This document shows, in pieces, positions 1 to 24,145 of a stretch of DNA of 64,000 nt (position 1 is its first letter; each line of letters begins with the position of its first letter). Location: the NCBI RefSeq assembly GCF_009914755.1, contig NC_060943.1. The stretch is one strand, 5' to 3'. This DNA is from the human T2T-CHM13v2.0 reference genome, Homo sapiens. A program made the position numbers and the translations under genes. A model generated the notes under the pieces. It was not told the origin of the DNA, made no database searches, and saw nothing but the letters and a program-made list of their open reading frames with translations.

Positions 1-172
<172 letters not shown>

Positions 173-453
173 TAATAATGTCTAGGAGTACTGATCAAGT
201 ACTTTGTAGAACGTCCCTCACCTTGGGTTTGTCTGTTTTCATGATTAAACTGGAATAATGGATTTGAGAGAAGACCATTGCACAGAGGTGCAGTGCCGTT
301 CTCTTTGCATCAGATCAGGGTGTAAGATAGTTACATGACTTACCATTAGTGATGTTAACCTCGATCCCTTGGTTAAGGTGGTGTCTGCCAAGTTTCTCCA
401 CCATCAAGCTACTGTTTTTCCCATTCCCTACTCTACCTTCTGAACAGTCACTA

Positions 454-846
<393 letters not shown>

Positions 847-899
847 GTTATATATGTAGGCAATTTGGCAACTACCATAAAAACATACAAGAACTATCA

Positions 900-1640
900 G
901 GGGATAATGAAAGTTTGAGGGATAACAGATCATTTACATAGTGTCAGAGTATCTTCCCAAAGACAACTGTTAATTTTAATGGTCAAAACAGTAACCTGAT
1001 AGTGGAGCACCCTGGCAGATAAGCAAGTGACGGGCAAATCACGTGCCTCCTAGAATGACATACCAAGAAGGCTGCAACATCGCTTCTAGGAACTTCTGCC
1101 AAAAATGCATGATTTGAATAATTGGTAAACAACCATGTTCAGATTAAGGGGCACTTTATACAATAAGTATTCTTTGGAAGTGTTAATGTCGTGAAGCCCA
1201 GATAAAGACAGAACAACTGGTCCAGAGTAAAGGAAATGTGACTGACCAAATTCAACAAGTGAGCCAGGACCTCCTTTTGCTACAAAGGACGCTATTGGAA
1301 CAATTGGTGACATCTGAATAAGATCTGTAGATTACATAATAACAGTGTTCATATGCTAATTTCCTAATTTTGATCATTGTGCTGTGCTTATGTAAGAGAA
1401 TGCCCTGTTTTGGGAAACACACTGAATTATATAGGGTTAAAGGGCCATGATATCTACAAATTACTCTCAGTGGTCAACGGTCGGGGTAAGGAGAGAAAGA
1501 GAGAGAGAGAGGATAAAGTAAAGTGTAAGTGGTAAAATGTTAACATTTGAGAAACCTGGATAAGTGATATAGGCGACTTCTTTGTACCAGTCTTACAACT
1601 TTTTGGTAAATCTGAAATTTCAACAAAATAAAAAGTTAAA
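900..1640 (+). mobile_element. Old L1M (L1MC/ME-type) 3' region
   Basis: Resembles old L1 3' UTR (gctattggaacaattggtgacatctgaata; ctttttggtaaatctgaaatt...aaaataaaaagtt). Confidence 0.55.
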
Positions 1641-2014
1641 ATAAATGAGTGGCTACAAAAATTGCAGAGGCACAAGGTTCATTCATTCTCCTGACTGTAT
1701 GGAACATCTGCCATGTGCCCAGTAATTTTGCCAGCACAGAACAAGGCAGACAGAATTTCCCGTTGTCGTGAGGTTGAATGGAGATGAGGAATAAATAGAG
1801 TAAATAATAAGGAAAATACATAGTATGTCAGATGAGGCTAAGTGCTAAGGAGAGAAACAAAGCAGGAAAGGGAATAGAGGGTGCTGCCATTGGGAATTAG
1901 AGTCAAATGCGTCTCTGAAACAGGTTTTGTTATGCAAAATAGCAGCCCCCTGCCTCCCTCCATGTTTCATATCCCCCTCCTGAAAGATACTCACTATCAA
2001 CACTTTTCGCTGAT

Positions 2015-2312
2015 TTTTTTTTCTTTTTTGAGAAGGAGTCTTGCTCTGTCACCCAGGCTGCAGCGCAGTGGCACGATCTTGGCTCACTGCAACCTCCGCC
2101 TCCCAGGTTCAAGTGATTCTCCTGCCTCAGGCTCCCGAGTAGCTAGGCTTATAGGCACCCACCACCACACCCGGCTAGTTTTTTGTATTTTTGGTGGAGA
2201 CGGGGTTTTGCCATGTTGGCCAGGCTGGTCTCAAATTCCTGACCTCAAGTGATCTGCCTTCCTCAGCCTCCCAAAGTGCTGGGGTTACAGGCATGAGCCC
2301 CTGAACCTGGCC
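2015..2312 (-). mobile_element. Alu (AluS)
   Basis: Poly-T followed by full antisense Alu. Confidence 0.95.
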
Positions 2313-2463
2313 ACCTTTTGGCTGATTTTAAAAATCATTATGGATATATAATAGTTGTGCCTATCTATGGGGTATATGTGACATTTTGATACAAGCATAC
2401 AACGTGTAATGATCAAATTAGGGTGACTGGGATATCCACCACCTCAAGCATTTACCATTTCTT

Positions 2464-3451
<988 letters not shown>

Positions 3452-3771
3452 ATTTACCATTTCTTTGTGATGGGAACATAAATTATTGTTACCTATAGTC
3501 ACCCTATTGTGCTGCCAGGCACTAGATTTTATTCCTCCTATCTAACTCTATTTTTGTACCCATTAATCATTTCCTCTTTATTCCACCCTCCCCACTACCC
3601 TTCCCAGCTTTTGGTAACTATCACTCTACTCTCTACCTCCATGACTTCTTTTTTTTTTTTTTTTTTTTAAGCTCCCACATATGAATGACAGCATGCGATA
3701 TTTGTCTTTCTGTGCCTGGTTCCCTTTAGCTGATTATTTTGCTATTTACTACCATATTATTTATATTGGGT

Positions 3772-4109
<338 letters not shown>

Positions 4110-4921
4110 TAAATTTTTCAGTTTTAGTCATTATTTATTTGTTCCAACACTATTATTTTATTCAACTAATATTTCTCAAACTGACCACATACTATGCGTA
4201 GCATACTATGCCAGCCACTACAGATAATATAGAGAAGCATTAACTATCAAAGAGCTTATAGTTATGTTGGGAAAACAAGTCGTACACTTGTGAATATTTA
4301 AGTAGTATTAAGAAATAGCCAACAGCAATACCCAAGGATATTATAATGAAAGCAGCAAAGAAGTATCCTGTCTGGGTGTTGTAGCACTTTATAGGTATTA
4401 GCTATAGAAAAGGAGGATTTTGCTAATTTCTCCCTCCATCCCCCTACACATGGAACTTTCCAAAACCTGCGCATTTGCCCAATATTGTTCTTTCACAAAG
4501 TGAGGAAGATTCGGTGTTTATATTATCATGTACAAGGCAAGTTACAGTTATGTCATGAACAAACTATAGCTACTTTTTCTTTACAACATATTGTTTCCCT
4601 TGGGACTTATCATTTTTTAATCTTCTTTGTTTGGTACTTATTGCAAATTTGACCCCCCAAGTCTCTTAACAGGTATTCAGTTCATTTTATCATCCAGAAG
4701 CAGTCTTTCCTGAAGACTTGTCACATGGTCTAATCAGGACTTTCCCTGGCATACAGCTTTCATCCTGGGCTCTCTCTTTATCATCATCCAGGAGATTCCC
4801 TTTGCTTCTCATTGTTCGATTTCTTAAGTCCAGTGTTCTCTGTTTCCCTCTTCTTGGTTTACTCCCTTGTTTGGGTGAAGCACATCCTCTGGTAGCTTCC
4901 TAAGAAAGGATGCATGAGAGG

Positions 4922-5500
4922 TTTTCCAGTTACCTATTGCTGCATAAAAACCAGCCCAAACTTAGTAGCATAAAACAGCAACATTCATTTTTATTATCAC
5001 ATTTTGTGATTTGGGTGGTCAACTGGGATCATCTGAGTGGTTTTCACTTGGGGTCTTTCATGCAAATACAGTCAGATGGCGAGAGGGACTAGGGTCATCT
5101 CAAAGGCTTCCTCAGTCACAGGGCTGGCACTTAGGCTGGAAAGACTCAAACAACTGAGGTTTCTCAAGCATCTATCTCCATTTCTATGTGGTATCTCCAC
5201 ATGGCATCTCCAGTATGGCAACTTCAGGGTAGCTGAACTTCTCTTATGCCAGTTCAGGACTCCAAAGGCACATGTCTCAAGGGAGAGAGCCAGGCAGAAG
5301 CTGCATCTCCTTTTATGAGCTAACCTTGGAAGTCACAAAGCATCACTCCTTCCCTACTCTATTAGTTGAATCAGTCACAAAGGTTCACCCAGGTTCAAAG
5401 GGAGAGAATATAGATTCCAATCCTTTATGGGGAAGTGATAAAATTCTAAGCAAGTGTAAAATGGGAGCCATTGTGCAGCCATTTTTGAACAGTCTAATCT
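4922..5500. mobile_element. MLT1-family MaLR LTR
   Basis: cagttacctattgctgcataaaaaccagcccaaacttagtagcataaaaca start; gaagtcacaaagcatcactcc motif. Confidence 0.75.
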
Positions 5501-5838
5501 GTCTCAGGAAGTAAATATTGGAGACTTCTATGTATGAAATGCCATTGTTTTAGCTTTATACCTCATTGGTAGTTTGGCTGGGTATAGAATTCTGGTTTGG
5601 AGATCATTTTACTTCAAAAATGTGAAGTATTGCTCCAACGTATTCTCAATTCCAGTATTGCTGTTGGGAAGTTTGAAGCATTCTTACTCCTGATTTCTTG
5701 TATATGACCTCATTTTTTTTCTCTAGTAGCTTTTAGAATCTTTTTCCATTGTGTTCTAAAATTTTATTATGATGTAAGTTAGTTTAGGTCTATTTTCAGT
5801 CATTGTACTGGGCACTTAGTATGATGATTGTTACCCCC

Positions 5839-5990
5839 TTTTTTTAGAGACAAGGTCTTACTTTGTCACATAGGCTGGAGTGCAGTGGTGTGATCATAGC
5901 TTATTACAGCCTCGAACTCTTGGGCTCAAAACAATCCTCCTACCGCAGTCTCCTGAGGACTATAGGAGTGTGCCACCACACCCAGCTAAG
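5839..5990 (-). mobile_element. Alu right-arm monomer
   Basis: Single antisense arm. Confidence 0.85.
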
Positions 5991-6249
5991 ATTCTCACCC
6001 TTTTTTCATGATTCTCTTTTAAACTTATTATTTAGATGTTGGACTTTCTGGACTGATTCTCTTATCTGTTCCTTTCCTTCTATTTTGTATTTCCATTGTG
6101 TCTTAATCTTCTTTTTGAGAGATTTCTCTAATTTTATCTTTCCACCTTTTGTTCAGTTTTTTATTTATGCTTTTATATTTTTTAATTTCAAGAGGCTTTT
6201 GGTATTGCTATAATTGTTCTCTGAGTGTTCCTTTTCCATAGTATTCTGC

Positions 6250-6455
6250 CAACAGCCACAAGTTTAAGCTTGAAATCACATCTTCCCCCAGTCAAGCCTT
6301 AAGATGAGAATGAAGCCCCAGTTGATACCTTGATTGCAGCCTCAAGAGAGACCCTGAAACTGCTGCACCCTGGTTCCTGACTCACATAAACTGTGAAATA
6401 AATGTTGCTTAAAGCTGCCAAGGCTTTGGTAAATTGTTACACAGCAATAGATCAT
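6250..6455. mobile_element. MLT1 LTR fragment
   Basis: ccttgattgcagcctcaagagagaccctga...ttgttacacagcaatag. Confidence 0.7.
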
Positions 6456-7082
6456 ACATTAAGTCTCCATATTTCTTATCTTCTCTTCCTGAAATAAAAT
6501 AGCCAATTTTTCTCCTTTCTGGATCTCAAAAAGATTTATTCTCTGAGACAGGCATTAGAGCTGTTCACCAAATATTTCCAGTTCTCCATATACAGGCATG
6601 TGTAAGATGTAAGCTGGCATTTCCTGGCCCCCTTGTGGTCTGCTGGGGTCATGTGACTAATTCTGACCAATGAGTTCTCAGTGGAAATGAAACATGTCAC
6701 TCCCAGGTTGAAGCATTTAATAACCAATACAAATCTCTCTAATGTTGCAGTGTCCAAGGCAGTAGCCACATGTGGCTATCAAAATTAAACAACATTTAAA
6801 ATCCTGTTGTTCAGTGGTACAAGCCATATTTCTAGTCCTCAAAAGCTACATGTATCTAGTAGCTACTTTATTAAACATTGGAGATAGGGAACATTTTTGG
6901 AAAGTTCTATTGAACTTTTGAAAGTGGTCCACGGCAGTGCTCTACACCACTTTTTTCTTCTGCACAGGAACTGGCAAAGCTCCAGGTGGCAAACGCTCCT
7001 TAAGACTAGCTCCAGAGTGAGGACAACATGCAACATAAGTGACTCTTTAGCTTTTTCTTTTATTGTGGAAAAATATGCATCA

Positions 7083-7373
<291 letters not shown>

Positions 7374-7384
7374 TATATATGCAT

Positions 7385-7990
7385 AATAAAAACTTGATCA
7401 TTTTAACCATTTTTAAGGTGTACGTTTCAGTGGCATTAAGTACATTCACATAGATGTGTAACCGTCACCATGATTCGTGTCCAGAATTTTTTCATCTTCC
7501 CAAACTGAAACTCTGTCCCCATTAAACACTAACTTCCCATTCCCTCTCCCCCAGCCCCTGGCAACCACTCTTCTACTTTCTGTCCCTATGAATTTAACCA
7601 CTCTAGGGACCCCATATAAACAGAATCATACAGTATTTGTCTTCCTGTGACTGGCTGATTTCACTTAGCATTATGTCCTCAAGGTTCATTCATGTCGTAG
7701 CATGTGTCATAATTTCATTCCTTTTTTAAGGCTGAATAATATTCCTTCGTATGGATATACAACACAATGCTTATCCATTCACCTGTTGACACACACTTGT
7801 GTTGCTTCCACCTTTTGGTTATTGTGAATACCGCTGCTATGAAATGGATGTACAAAGGAACATCTATGTTTGAGCCCCTGCTTTCATTTCTTTGAGGTTT
7901 ACACCCAGAAGTAAAATTGCTGGATTATACATTAACTTTATATTTGAGTTTTTGAGGAATCACCATACCATTTTCTGCAGCGGCTGCAGA
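7385..7990 (-). mobile_element. L1MB-type 3' end
   Basis: ccaaactgaaactctgtccccattaaacactaac...ggctgatttcacttagcattatgtcctcaaggttc. Confidence 0.85.
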
Positions 7991-8494
7991 GTCCTTAGCT
8001 TTGAGAAGTACATATTAAAATATTTGCAGATGAAATCATACGATGTCTGAGATTTCCTTTAACAGGGTTAAACACAACCCAGGGTTATGTTAGAGCAAAT
8101 TAAAGGTTTGCTTCAATTTGCAAATTAAGGTTATGTTTAAGTTTGGGCTAGAGAAATACAAGATGTGTTATGAGTTGATAATTATTGAAGATGGGTTATA
8201 GGAATTGGGTGGGATATCATTCTATTTTCTCTTCTTTCATATGTGTTTGAACTTTTCCAAAAGAAAATAAATTTACTTTTCATATAAAGTGCTTGAAGTA
8301 TTCTTAATTCACATTGAGACAAGGGCCTCACACTTAATTATGGAAACAAAAGTACTCAAGCTTACTATATTCTTAGGCAATTACAAATTATATTCAGCAT
8401 CTAACCCCTCTGGTAAGTCAGGAGCTTGATTAAATGCTTAGTTATATATTCATGTGTATCCTAAGAAGTTAGCAAGGGAAATTTAATCAAATGA

Positions 8495-8830
<336 letters not shown>

Positions 8831-9168
8831 TGGTTTTTCTTGAGTAAGAACCGAGCAAGGTGTCCCCAGGTTGCAAAATAACAAGTTTTACCACACCTGG
8901 AGATAAAGTTACCAACGATAGGATCAAGTGCACTATTTCACCTAGAAAGCTTGAGAAAAATTATCAGCTTCATCTGTTCATTCATTCATTTGACATATGT
9001 TGATTATGCATTTATTCTATACCAGATCCTATCCCAGGCACATCCATTAATAGAGCAAATAATTTCCTGTTCTTAGGAAACTCACTGTTTAGGGCAGAGA
9101 AATCAGACAAATAAACTCAGGCAGATTTATCATCTGTCAGGTAAAGATAGTTTTTATAAGAAAAATGG

Positions 9169-9781
<613 letters not shown>

Positions 9782-10029
9782 CTAAGAAGGTGATATTTGA
9801 GCAGAGACATGAAGGCAGGAAAAGACGTGCTGCTATCTGAAGGAAGAGCATCGCAGGCACAGGGAACAGCATAGGCAGAGGCCTAGATGGAAGATGCCTG
9901 GCATGCTTGAAGAACATTAAGGAGGCTTGTGTGGCTGGAGTGGAGAGAATAGGACATGAGGGCAGGGAGGTGATGGGGATTATGGGGCTGGCATTCCATG
10001 TTGGGCCTTTATTGTTTTAAAATGTAGGT

Positions 10030-11159
<1,130 letters not shown>

Positions 11160-11899
11160 TCAAAGATGTTTCCTCTTGTAAAGGCACATTGGGGCTCTTA
11201 AAATGTTTCGAGTTATAGGACCTCAAAGCTCCTGTCTGTCTTGTTCACTGCCTCAGCCTCAGCCATGAAGAGAGGTCAAAATAGAAACCCAACACCTCCA
11301 GAAGTGAAAAGGGCAAGTTGCAGAGAAGTGCAGGTGTTGAGCTATCTTTATGAAAGAAAGAGACAGAAATACATGAAAAAAAGAAAAACCATTTTGCTCA
11401 TATTCTCAAGAAGAAACAAAAGATTAGCCAGAAACCAATACAAATTATTTTCCAATGGGGAGAGAGAGAGAATGAAGCTGGGGACACAGGTAGGGGACAT
11501 TTGATTCTGATGCCTCCTTAGAAGGAGAATAGCATGATTTCCCCAGAAAATGGAGACTTGGTCCTTTTATTTTCTTCTGTTTTGCCCAACGACTAAAAAA
11601 GAGCTTGTATGTATCCGGGGAAGACAACAGAGAATGTGGTAAGAGAGTTAGGCTTGGTGACAACAAGAATGGGAGCACACGCACATGTTTGCAAGGTTAC
11701 ACATAAATATATGCATACATCTGTGATCTCCTTCCATAGCTGTTCTGCCTTTTCCGTCACTGAAATAACAACTAAATCATCTCATGTCCCATATGGCAGC
11801 CAGACTGTCACAAAGTTAATGGACATAAAGTTCACAAGGGCTTGTGGTACAAAAAGTAAACTTTTTGAATTATAAGGAAGTAGGTACTACACTGGTGCA

Positions 11900-12320
11900 G
11901 CAAACACTGTCCAGCCATGCCCTGACCACTTGAGTGCATGCAGGTCTGACTTCCCCCTGCCAGCCCCCAGGGCATTTTCTCTGGCTATCAAAGTGTCCAC
12001 TCAGCAGTCTGTGGTGTTAGAGAATTAATACTCCCATCCTTTAACTTATGATGGATGGGAGTTGATGGATCAATACCCCAGCTCCCTCACCACTAGCATG
12101 CAACAACGCTGAGGAATGTGCTCTCTGCTGCCTCCCAGAGGTCCCCACTGGTAATTGAGACCCAGTTGCTCATGGTGGTAACTTGCCTGATGACTCATCA
12201 CTGGGTCTTCCCTTTCCTACTTTTCTGCCAGTGTGTTTTGGGATCTCCTCCAGAAGCATTCAAATCTCTGCTTCTGGATCTGCTTCTTGGGAGTTGGGGG
12301 TCGGGATTCAAACTAAGACA
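11900..12320. mobile_element. LTR16-like ERVL LTR
   Basis: ataccccagctccctcacc...cctcccagaggtcccc...cccagttgctc...aaactaagaca. Confidence 0.65.
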
Positions 12321-12418
12321 ATGGAGTTGGACAGATTCTGTTAGCTACCTCAAAATATTTAGGCAGAAGGAAGGAACTTCAGGGCATTCAGGGCAGTTTT
12401 CCTGGATCCTCCACTGAA

Positions 12419-12678
12419 CTTCCTTCCTTTCATTTTCCTTCCTTCCTTCCTTCCATTTCTTCCTCTTGTTTCTTCCTCTCATTCTCCTTTCTTTCTCTCT
12501 CTTTCCTTCCTTCCTTCCAGCTCAAGACATGGGGCTGCTTCTGCTGGGGCAATACTTAATGGTGTTACATACAAAGGTTTTTTTTCCATATTGGGGGAAA
12601 TATTTTTAGGAAGGACTTCCTTTTTTCCTTCCTTCCTTCCTCCCTTCCTTCCTTCCTTCCTTTCTCCTTCCTTCCTTC
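12419..12678 (+). repeat. Two (TTCC)n-rich pyrimidine tracts
   Basis: Direct reading: 12419-12520 and 12616-12678. Confidence 0.9.
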
Positions 12679-12699
12679 ATCAAAAAAGAGTATGAAAGG

Positions 12700-13126
12700 T
12701 GTCTTAGTCCATTAGTGTTGCTATAAAGGAATACCTGAGGCTGGGCAATTTATAAAGAAAAGAGGTTTGTTTGGTCAACAGTCCTGCAGGCTGTACAAGA
12801 AAGTTGGTACAGGCATCTGCCTCTGGTGAGGGCCTCAGGCTGCTTCCATCATGGTAGAAGGTGAAAGGGAGCTGGCATGTACAGAGACCACATGATGACA
12901 GAGGAAGCAAGAGAGAGCAGAGAGAAGTGCCAGAGTCTTTTGAACAACCAGCTCTTGGGGGAATTAATAGAGCAAGAACTTACTCATTACTGAGAGGACA
13001 ATACCAAGCCCTTCATGAGTGATCTGCCCCCATAACCCAAACACCTCCCACTAGACCCCATCTCCAACATTGAGAATTAAATTTCAACATGAGATTTGGA
13101 GGGGTCAAATATCCAGACCAAAAGCA
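12700..13126. mobile_element. MST-family MaLR solo LTR
   Basis: tgtcttagtccatt...gctataaaggaatacctgaggctggg...atttcaacatgagatttggagggg. Confidence 0.9.
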
Positions 13127-13244
13127 AAGGGTCTTGTATGACAAAACAAGCATATATCAGGTACCCCCGATATGTTTACTACCTGAGCCTTATTTTGTCA
13201 CCAAAAAATACCAGAAATACTCGTCAAAGATTTAGACCCACACA

Positions 13245-14690
<1,446 letters not shown>

Positions 14691-14922
14691 TAACATCCAT
14701 GCTGGGTTCTACTTATGTGAGTTTGAACTATCATTTCACCTCTTTGAGCCTCAGTTTCCTCACCTGCAAAATGAGGATGAGGACAGGACACACCCCATGG
14801 GATCACGAAAGGATGGAACAATGCCCTCCCTCTATATGTGACAGGCCAAGCACAGGGTAGTGGAAAATAAACACTGACTTCATTGGCAATCCTCTTTACT
14901 GAGTGCAGTTGAAATTGCCTCT

Positions 14923-15706
14923 TACAATGCAAATCAAAACCACAGTGAGATACCATCTCACGCCAGCCAGAATGGCAATTATTAAAAAATCAAGAAACAA
15001 TAGATGTTGGCGAGGCTGTGGAGAAATAGTAACGCTTTTACACCGTTGATGGGAGTGTAAATTAGCTCAACCATTGTGGAAGACTGTGACGATTCCTCAA
15101 GGATCTAGAACCAGAACTATCATTTGCCGCAGCAATCCCATTACTGGCTATATACCCAAAGGATTATAAATCATTTTACTATAAAGACACATGCACACAT
15201 ATGTTTTTTGCAGCACTATTTACAATAGCAAAGACTTGGAACCAACCCAAATGCCCATCAATGATAGACTAGATAAATAAAATGTGGCACATACACACCA
15301 TGGAATACTATACAGCCATAAAAAAGAATGAGATCATGTCCTTTGCAGGGCCATGGATGAAACTGGAAGCCATCATTCTCAGCAAACTAACACAGGAATA
15401 GAAAACGAAACATCACATGTTCTCACTCATAAATGGGAGCTGAATAATGAGAACACATGGACACAGGGAAGGCAACATCACACACTGGGGCCTGTCGGGC
15501 AGTGGTGGGGAAGGGGAGGGAGAGCATTAGGACAAATACCTAGCGCATGCGGGGCTTAAAACCTAGATGATGGGTTGATGGGTGCAGCAAACCACCATGG
15601 CACAAGTACACCTATGTAACAAACCGGCACATTCTGCACATGTATCCTGGAACTTACGGTAAAATAAAAAATAATAATAATACAATTAAAAGTTAAAAAA
15701 AAAAAA
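14923..15706 (+). mobile_element. 5'-truncated L1PA 3' end
   Basis: atgcaaatcaaaaccacagtgagataccatctcac...; A tail; TSD gaaattgcYtct. Confidence 0.93.
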
Positions 15707-15784
15707 GAAATTGCTTCTCGTGTTCAGGAAAGCACCTGGTGCTCCAGAAACAGAGAAGGCAAAAACAGAAAAAGACCCACTGGA

Positions 15785-16088
15785 GGCCAGGCGCGGTGGC
15801 TCACGCCTGTAATCCCAACACTTTGGGAGGCCAAGGCGGGTGGATCATGAGGTCAGGAGTTTGAGACCAGCCTGGCCAACATAGTGAAACCCCATCTATA
15901 CTAAAAATACAAAAATTACAGCTAGGTGTAGTGGCACGCACCTGTAGTCCCAGCTACTCAAGAGACTGAGGCAGGAGAATCATTTGAACCCAGGAGGTGA
16001 AGGTTGCGATGAGCCGAGATCTTGCCATTGCACTCCAGCCTGGATGACAGAGTGTGACTCCGTCTCAAAAAAAAAAAAAAAAAAAAAA
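15785..16088 (+). mobile_element. Alu (AluSg-like)
   Basis: Full dimer; TSD aaaagacccactgga. Confidence 0.96.
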
Positions 16089-16641
16089 GACCCACTGGAG
16101 ACACAATCAAATAAAGGTAATAGAAAAAGAGACCCCAGCATCACTTATTGGTGGGAGTAAAAATTTCACCTAAGAATTACATGTGGAGAAAAACATGAAC
16201 GCATTTGTGTTCAGACTGTTCAAATGCATGTTGTCCCACAGAGAGAGCTTAATAGGTTGACTTGGCAGACCATTAAATCTCGCTTCTGTGTCTCTTGCCT
16301 TCCCTTCCTTGGCGTCGTCTGTGTCTTTTGTTGTGGAAAAAGCTTTCATCCCATGCCGACAGAAATCACTCAACTCTCACCTGAGGCACTCATTTAAGAG
16401 CATGCCTCAGAGGATTGTGTGTTCCTTGGACACGTGTCAAAATATCACATGCCTTCCATAAATATGTACAATTATTATGTATCCATAGAAAAAAGGAAAT
16501 TAAGAGGAACAAATATAGAGATTAATACTATTTGCATATTAAATGATGATCTAATTATAAAACATAGGAAGTTAAATAAAAATATTAGAAACAATGAGAT
16601 AATTCCATAAGGTGGCTAGTTATAAAATTAATATAAAAATT

Positions 16642-17702
<1,061 letters not shown>

Positions 17703-18323
17703 TTACAAAAGCAAACCAGGATAAAGTACTGTATTGAAAATAAACTTATGGAGTGGGAAGAACCCTTATGAAAAGAATTTTAAAATTCTACTGAAGAATG
17801 TGGTATAATCCTCCAATACACGAAAATAAATGCAGTTATTGAGAGGAAAACAATACTGCATAAAAATAAATTCTGTCCAAGTTACTCTACGAGTAAAAGT
17901 GTTATTTGTTCCCAAATCAAGAAAAAACCAAGTCACCTTGGGGGACCAGAATCAGGGGAAAGAGATTTAACTGGGCTTAAAGATGTGTTACAAGGCGGCA
18001 CGGCATATGTTGGAGTTGTATGACCTTGGGCAAGCTGCTCAACCTCTCTGGCCTCAGCGTGCTCCTTAGTAAAACAGGGAAAGTGCAGTGTTCTTGTGAT
18101 TGGTGATTGTGTGGATTAAAGTCATGTTAGATAGGCTCACAGCCTGGGTGGCGGTGTTGGTAATTTTCACTGCCTCCAACTTACAGTCACGTATTATCAC
18201 CAAAGTGACTCCCCTCCTCCCACATGAGTCTGAGAGGGCTCCTGGTATATCAAAACCATGTGAAAAGCAATCGTGTCCTTTGGACATTTTAGTGCATTAG
18301 CTCCCACTGAATGTAACAATTGT

Positions 18324-19156
<833 letters not shown>

Positions 19157-19756
19157 GCACAATATTTTAAAGCCACTCTCCCATGACTTCTCCAATACAA
19201 ATACTGGGTATTTTATTGTATTTCTGTCTGGTTCTCCCCCTCTAGGTTTTTATTTTTCATACACATGTAATTATAATTTAAAGATTTTATATACAATAGT
19301 TTTTCATCATCTGAGTAGTCACTATACGGCTCATTATCCAAGTATTTACACCATTATGTGTTTAGGGAAGCAAAAGTCATCCTAACATAAAAATTGTCAC
19401 TAATGAACTGACAACTTGACAATTATCCCCCTCAACCATCCATTTCGGAGTAATACAAATATTGCTTTGGAAGCCATCAGATCAGTGTGTTTGTCACTGT
19501 TTATCTCTGATTGTTGATGGTTGCTTGAAACTCAATGACACAATTCAAAACTATGTGAAACAACTGCAGAGTGAACATTGAAAATCTTTGCAAGGGGCAG
19601 CAGGATTTCATGAAGTCAATGAAAGTGATGTTGGAGAGCTACTTGCAATGCAGAGAATAACATTGTTAAGTGAGGAACTTGCAGTGAGACTGCTTAACAA
19701 CAGAAAAGGAGATGACAGGTGGATGATAGTGATGAACACTTTGAAATAAAATGAAT

Positions 19757-20780
<1,024 letters not shown>

Positions 20781-21009
20781 AAATTACACCACTGAAGTCA
20801 AAGATGAAATGAAAGGGGTTCTGTTGTTCTACCATACAATTTTGTTGGGAAATAAGGCACGCTTGAATACAGTCATCCCTAAGTATCCATGAGGGATTGG
20901 TTCTAGGAACCCCCAACGGATAACAAAATCTACAGATGCTCAAGTCCCTGATAGAAGATGGCACCGTGTTTGCATATAGCCTGTGCACATCCTCCAGCAC
21001 ACTTTAATT

Positions 21010-22530
<1,521 letters not shown>

Positions 22531-23520
22531 AGTATGCTTTAAGTCATCTCTAGATTAATTATAATACCCAAGATCATGTAAATGCTATGTAAACAGTTGT
22601 TGTATTGCTTAGGGAATAATGACAAGAAAAAAGTCTGTACATGTTCAGTACAGGCACAACCATCGCAGGCCTAATTACATTTTACATCTGCAACTTGTTG
22701 AACCCATGGTTGGTTGAACCTGTGGATTCAGTGTATAGGGCTGACTGTATCAACTTTTGATTCTTTGTTAATTCTAAGAAGCTGATCATGTTTGGAATTA
22801 CTATTTAAACTTTGTTGAACACAATTTAAAAAATTAACTGAGGCTTAGAAAGTGTGGCTTCATTTTACAGGACAAAGTCCCAATTGCCTCTCTCTCCTCA
22901 CCCCCACACCCGGTGCTCCCTGTGAAATTTGGATTCCTGTATTCAGTGGATTCAGTTTAAGCAGCTTTTTCCAGTACTTAGTACTCTGAAATGAATAGGT
23001 TTCCTCTAGCACTTTCTTACTTAAAATCATATTATAACCACCATTATCTTTGATGGCTACATTCATTTAATTTATTTACTTATTCCTTTTTTAATGAACT
23101 TTTAATAATGTTTCTGATGAGATGCTTTTAAAAGCAATAAGGAAATGAGTAATGATATGTCTTTGTGCGTTTAGCTGTGAAGATTTTATCCCACATGTGG
23201 AATTACTGGATTAGATGCGAAATTGCAACATTTGTATGGCTCTTGATACATATTTCTCAGTGTCTTTCCAAACTGGCTGTAGAAATGTACCCTGCCATCA
23301 GAAACATTTGGAGAGATATTTCTACTCCTCACAGATTACGTATATTTGTTAAACACCACTGTGGGCCAGGCGCTGTTCTAGGCACCTGGGATACAGCCCA
23401 GAATGAGATGACCTCCAATAGTTGCCCTCATGGAACAGACAGTCAAATTCAGAAAAATAGACAACAAACAAATAATTGTTCAATATGGTAGACATGATGT
23501 ATTATAGAAATGTAGGGTGG

Positions 23521-24145
23521 TGATACAAGAGCTAAGAAGAAATTATTTAGGCAGATAGGGTATGAGCGTCCTCAATAAGGTTTTCCTTTTCATGAAAAGC
23601 AGCCCCCAAATTATTTCTTTTCTAACAAAGAGCAGCCTGTAAAATTGAGCTGCAGACATAGACAAGCAGGCTGGAAACTTGCCAGGTGAATGCCGGCAGC
23701 TGTGCCAATAGGAAAAGGCTACCTGGGACTAGGCATGTTCAAAATGGCGGCCTCATCTTCCCTTCTCTTTGTCAGCCACGTGTACAGTAAGGAGCAGATA
23801 ACATGGCACCAGCGAGGCAAAGATCCCATTTGCATAAGATTAGGGCGAGCCATCCAGCTTCCCCATGTGCTATGTAAACATCACACCTGGTCCAACCAAT
23901 CCTTGGGCCCTATGCAAATCAGACACCGCCCCCTCAAGCCTGTCTATAAACTGGTGCACTCTGCCATGGGTGGGAAGTCCCATTCGGAAGCCCCTCTCAC
24001 ACAAGAGAGAGAGTTATTCTCCTTTCTCTTTCTTTTGCCTATTAAACCTCTACTCCTAAACCCACTTCTTGTGTCCGTGTCCTCGATTTCCTTGGTGTGA
24101 GAGGACGAACTTCGCAGATTTACCCCAGACAACAACACCGCTTCA
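23521..24145 (+). mobile_element. LTR9-like ERV1 solo LTR within an L2 remnant (~23330-24720)
   Basis: TG...CA ends, 625 bp; tgatacaagagctaagaagaaattatttaggcagatag start; CCAAT, TATAAA, ATTAAA; TSD gtgg/gcgg. Confidence 0.8.
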
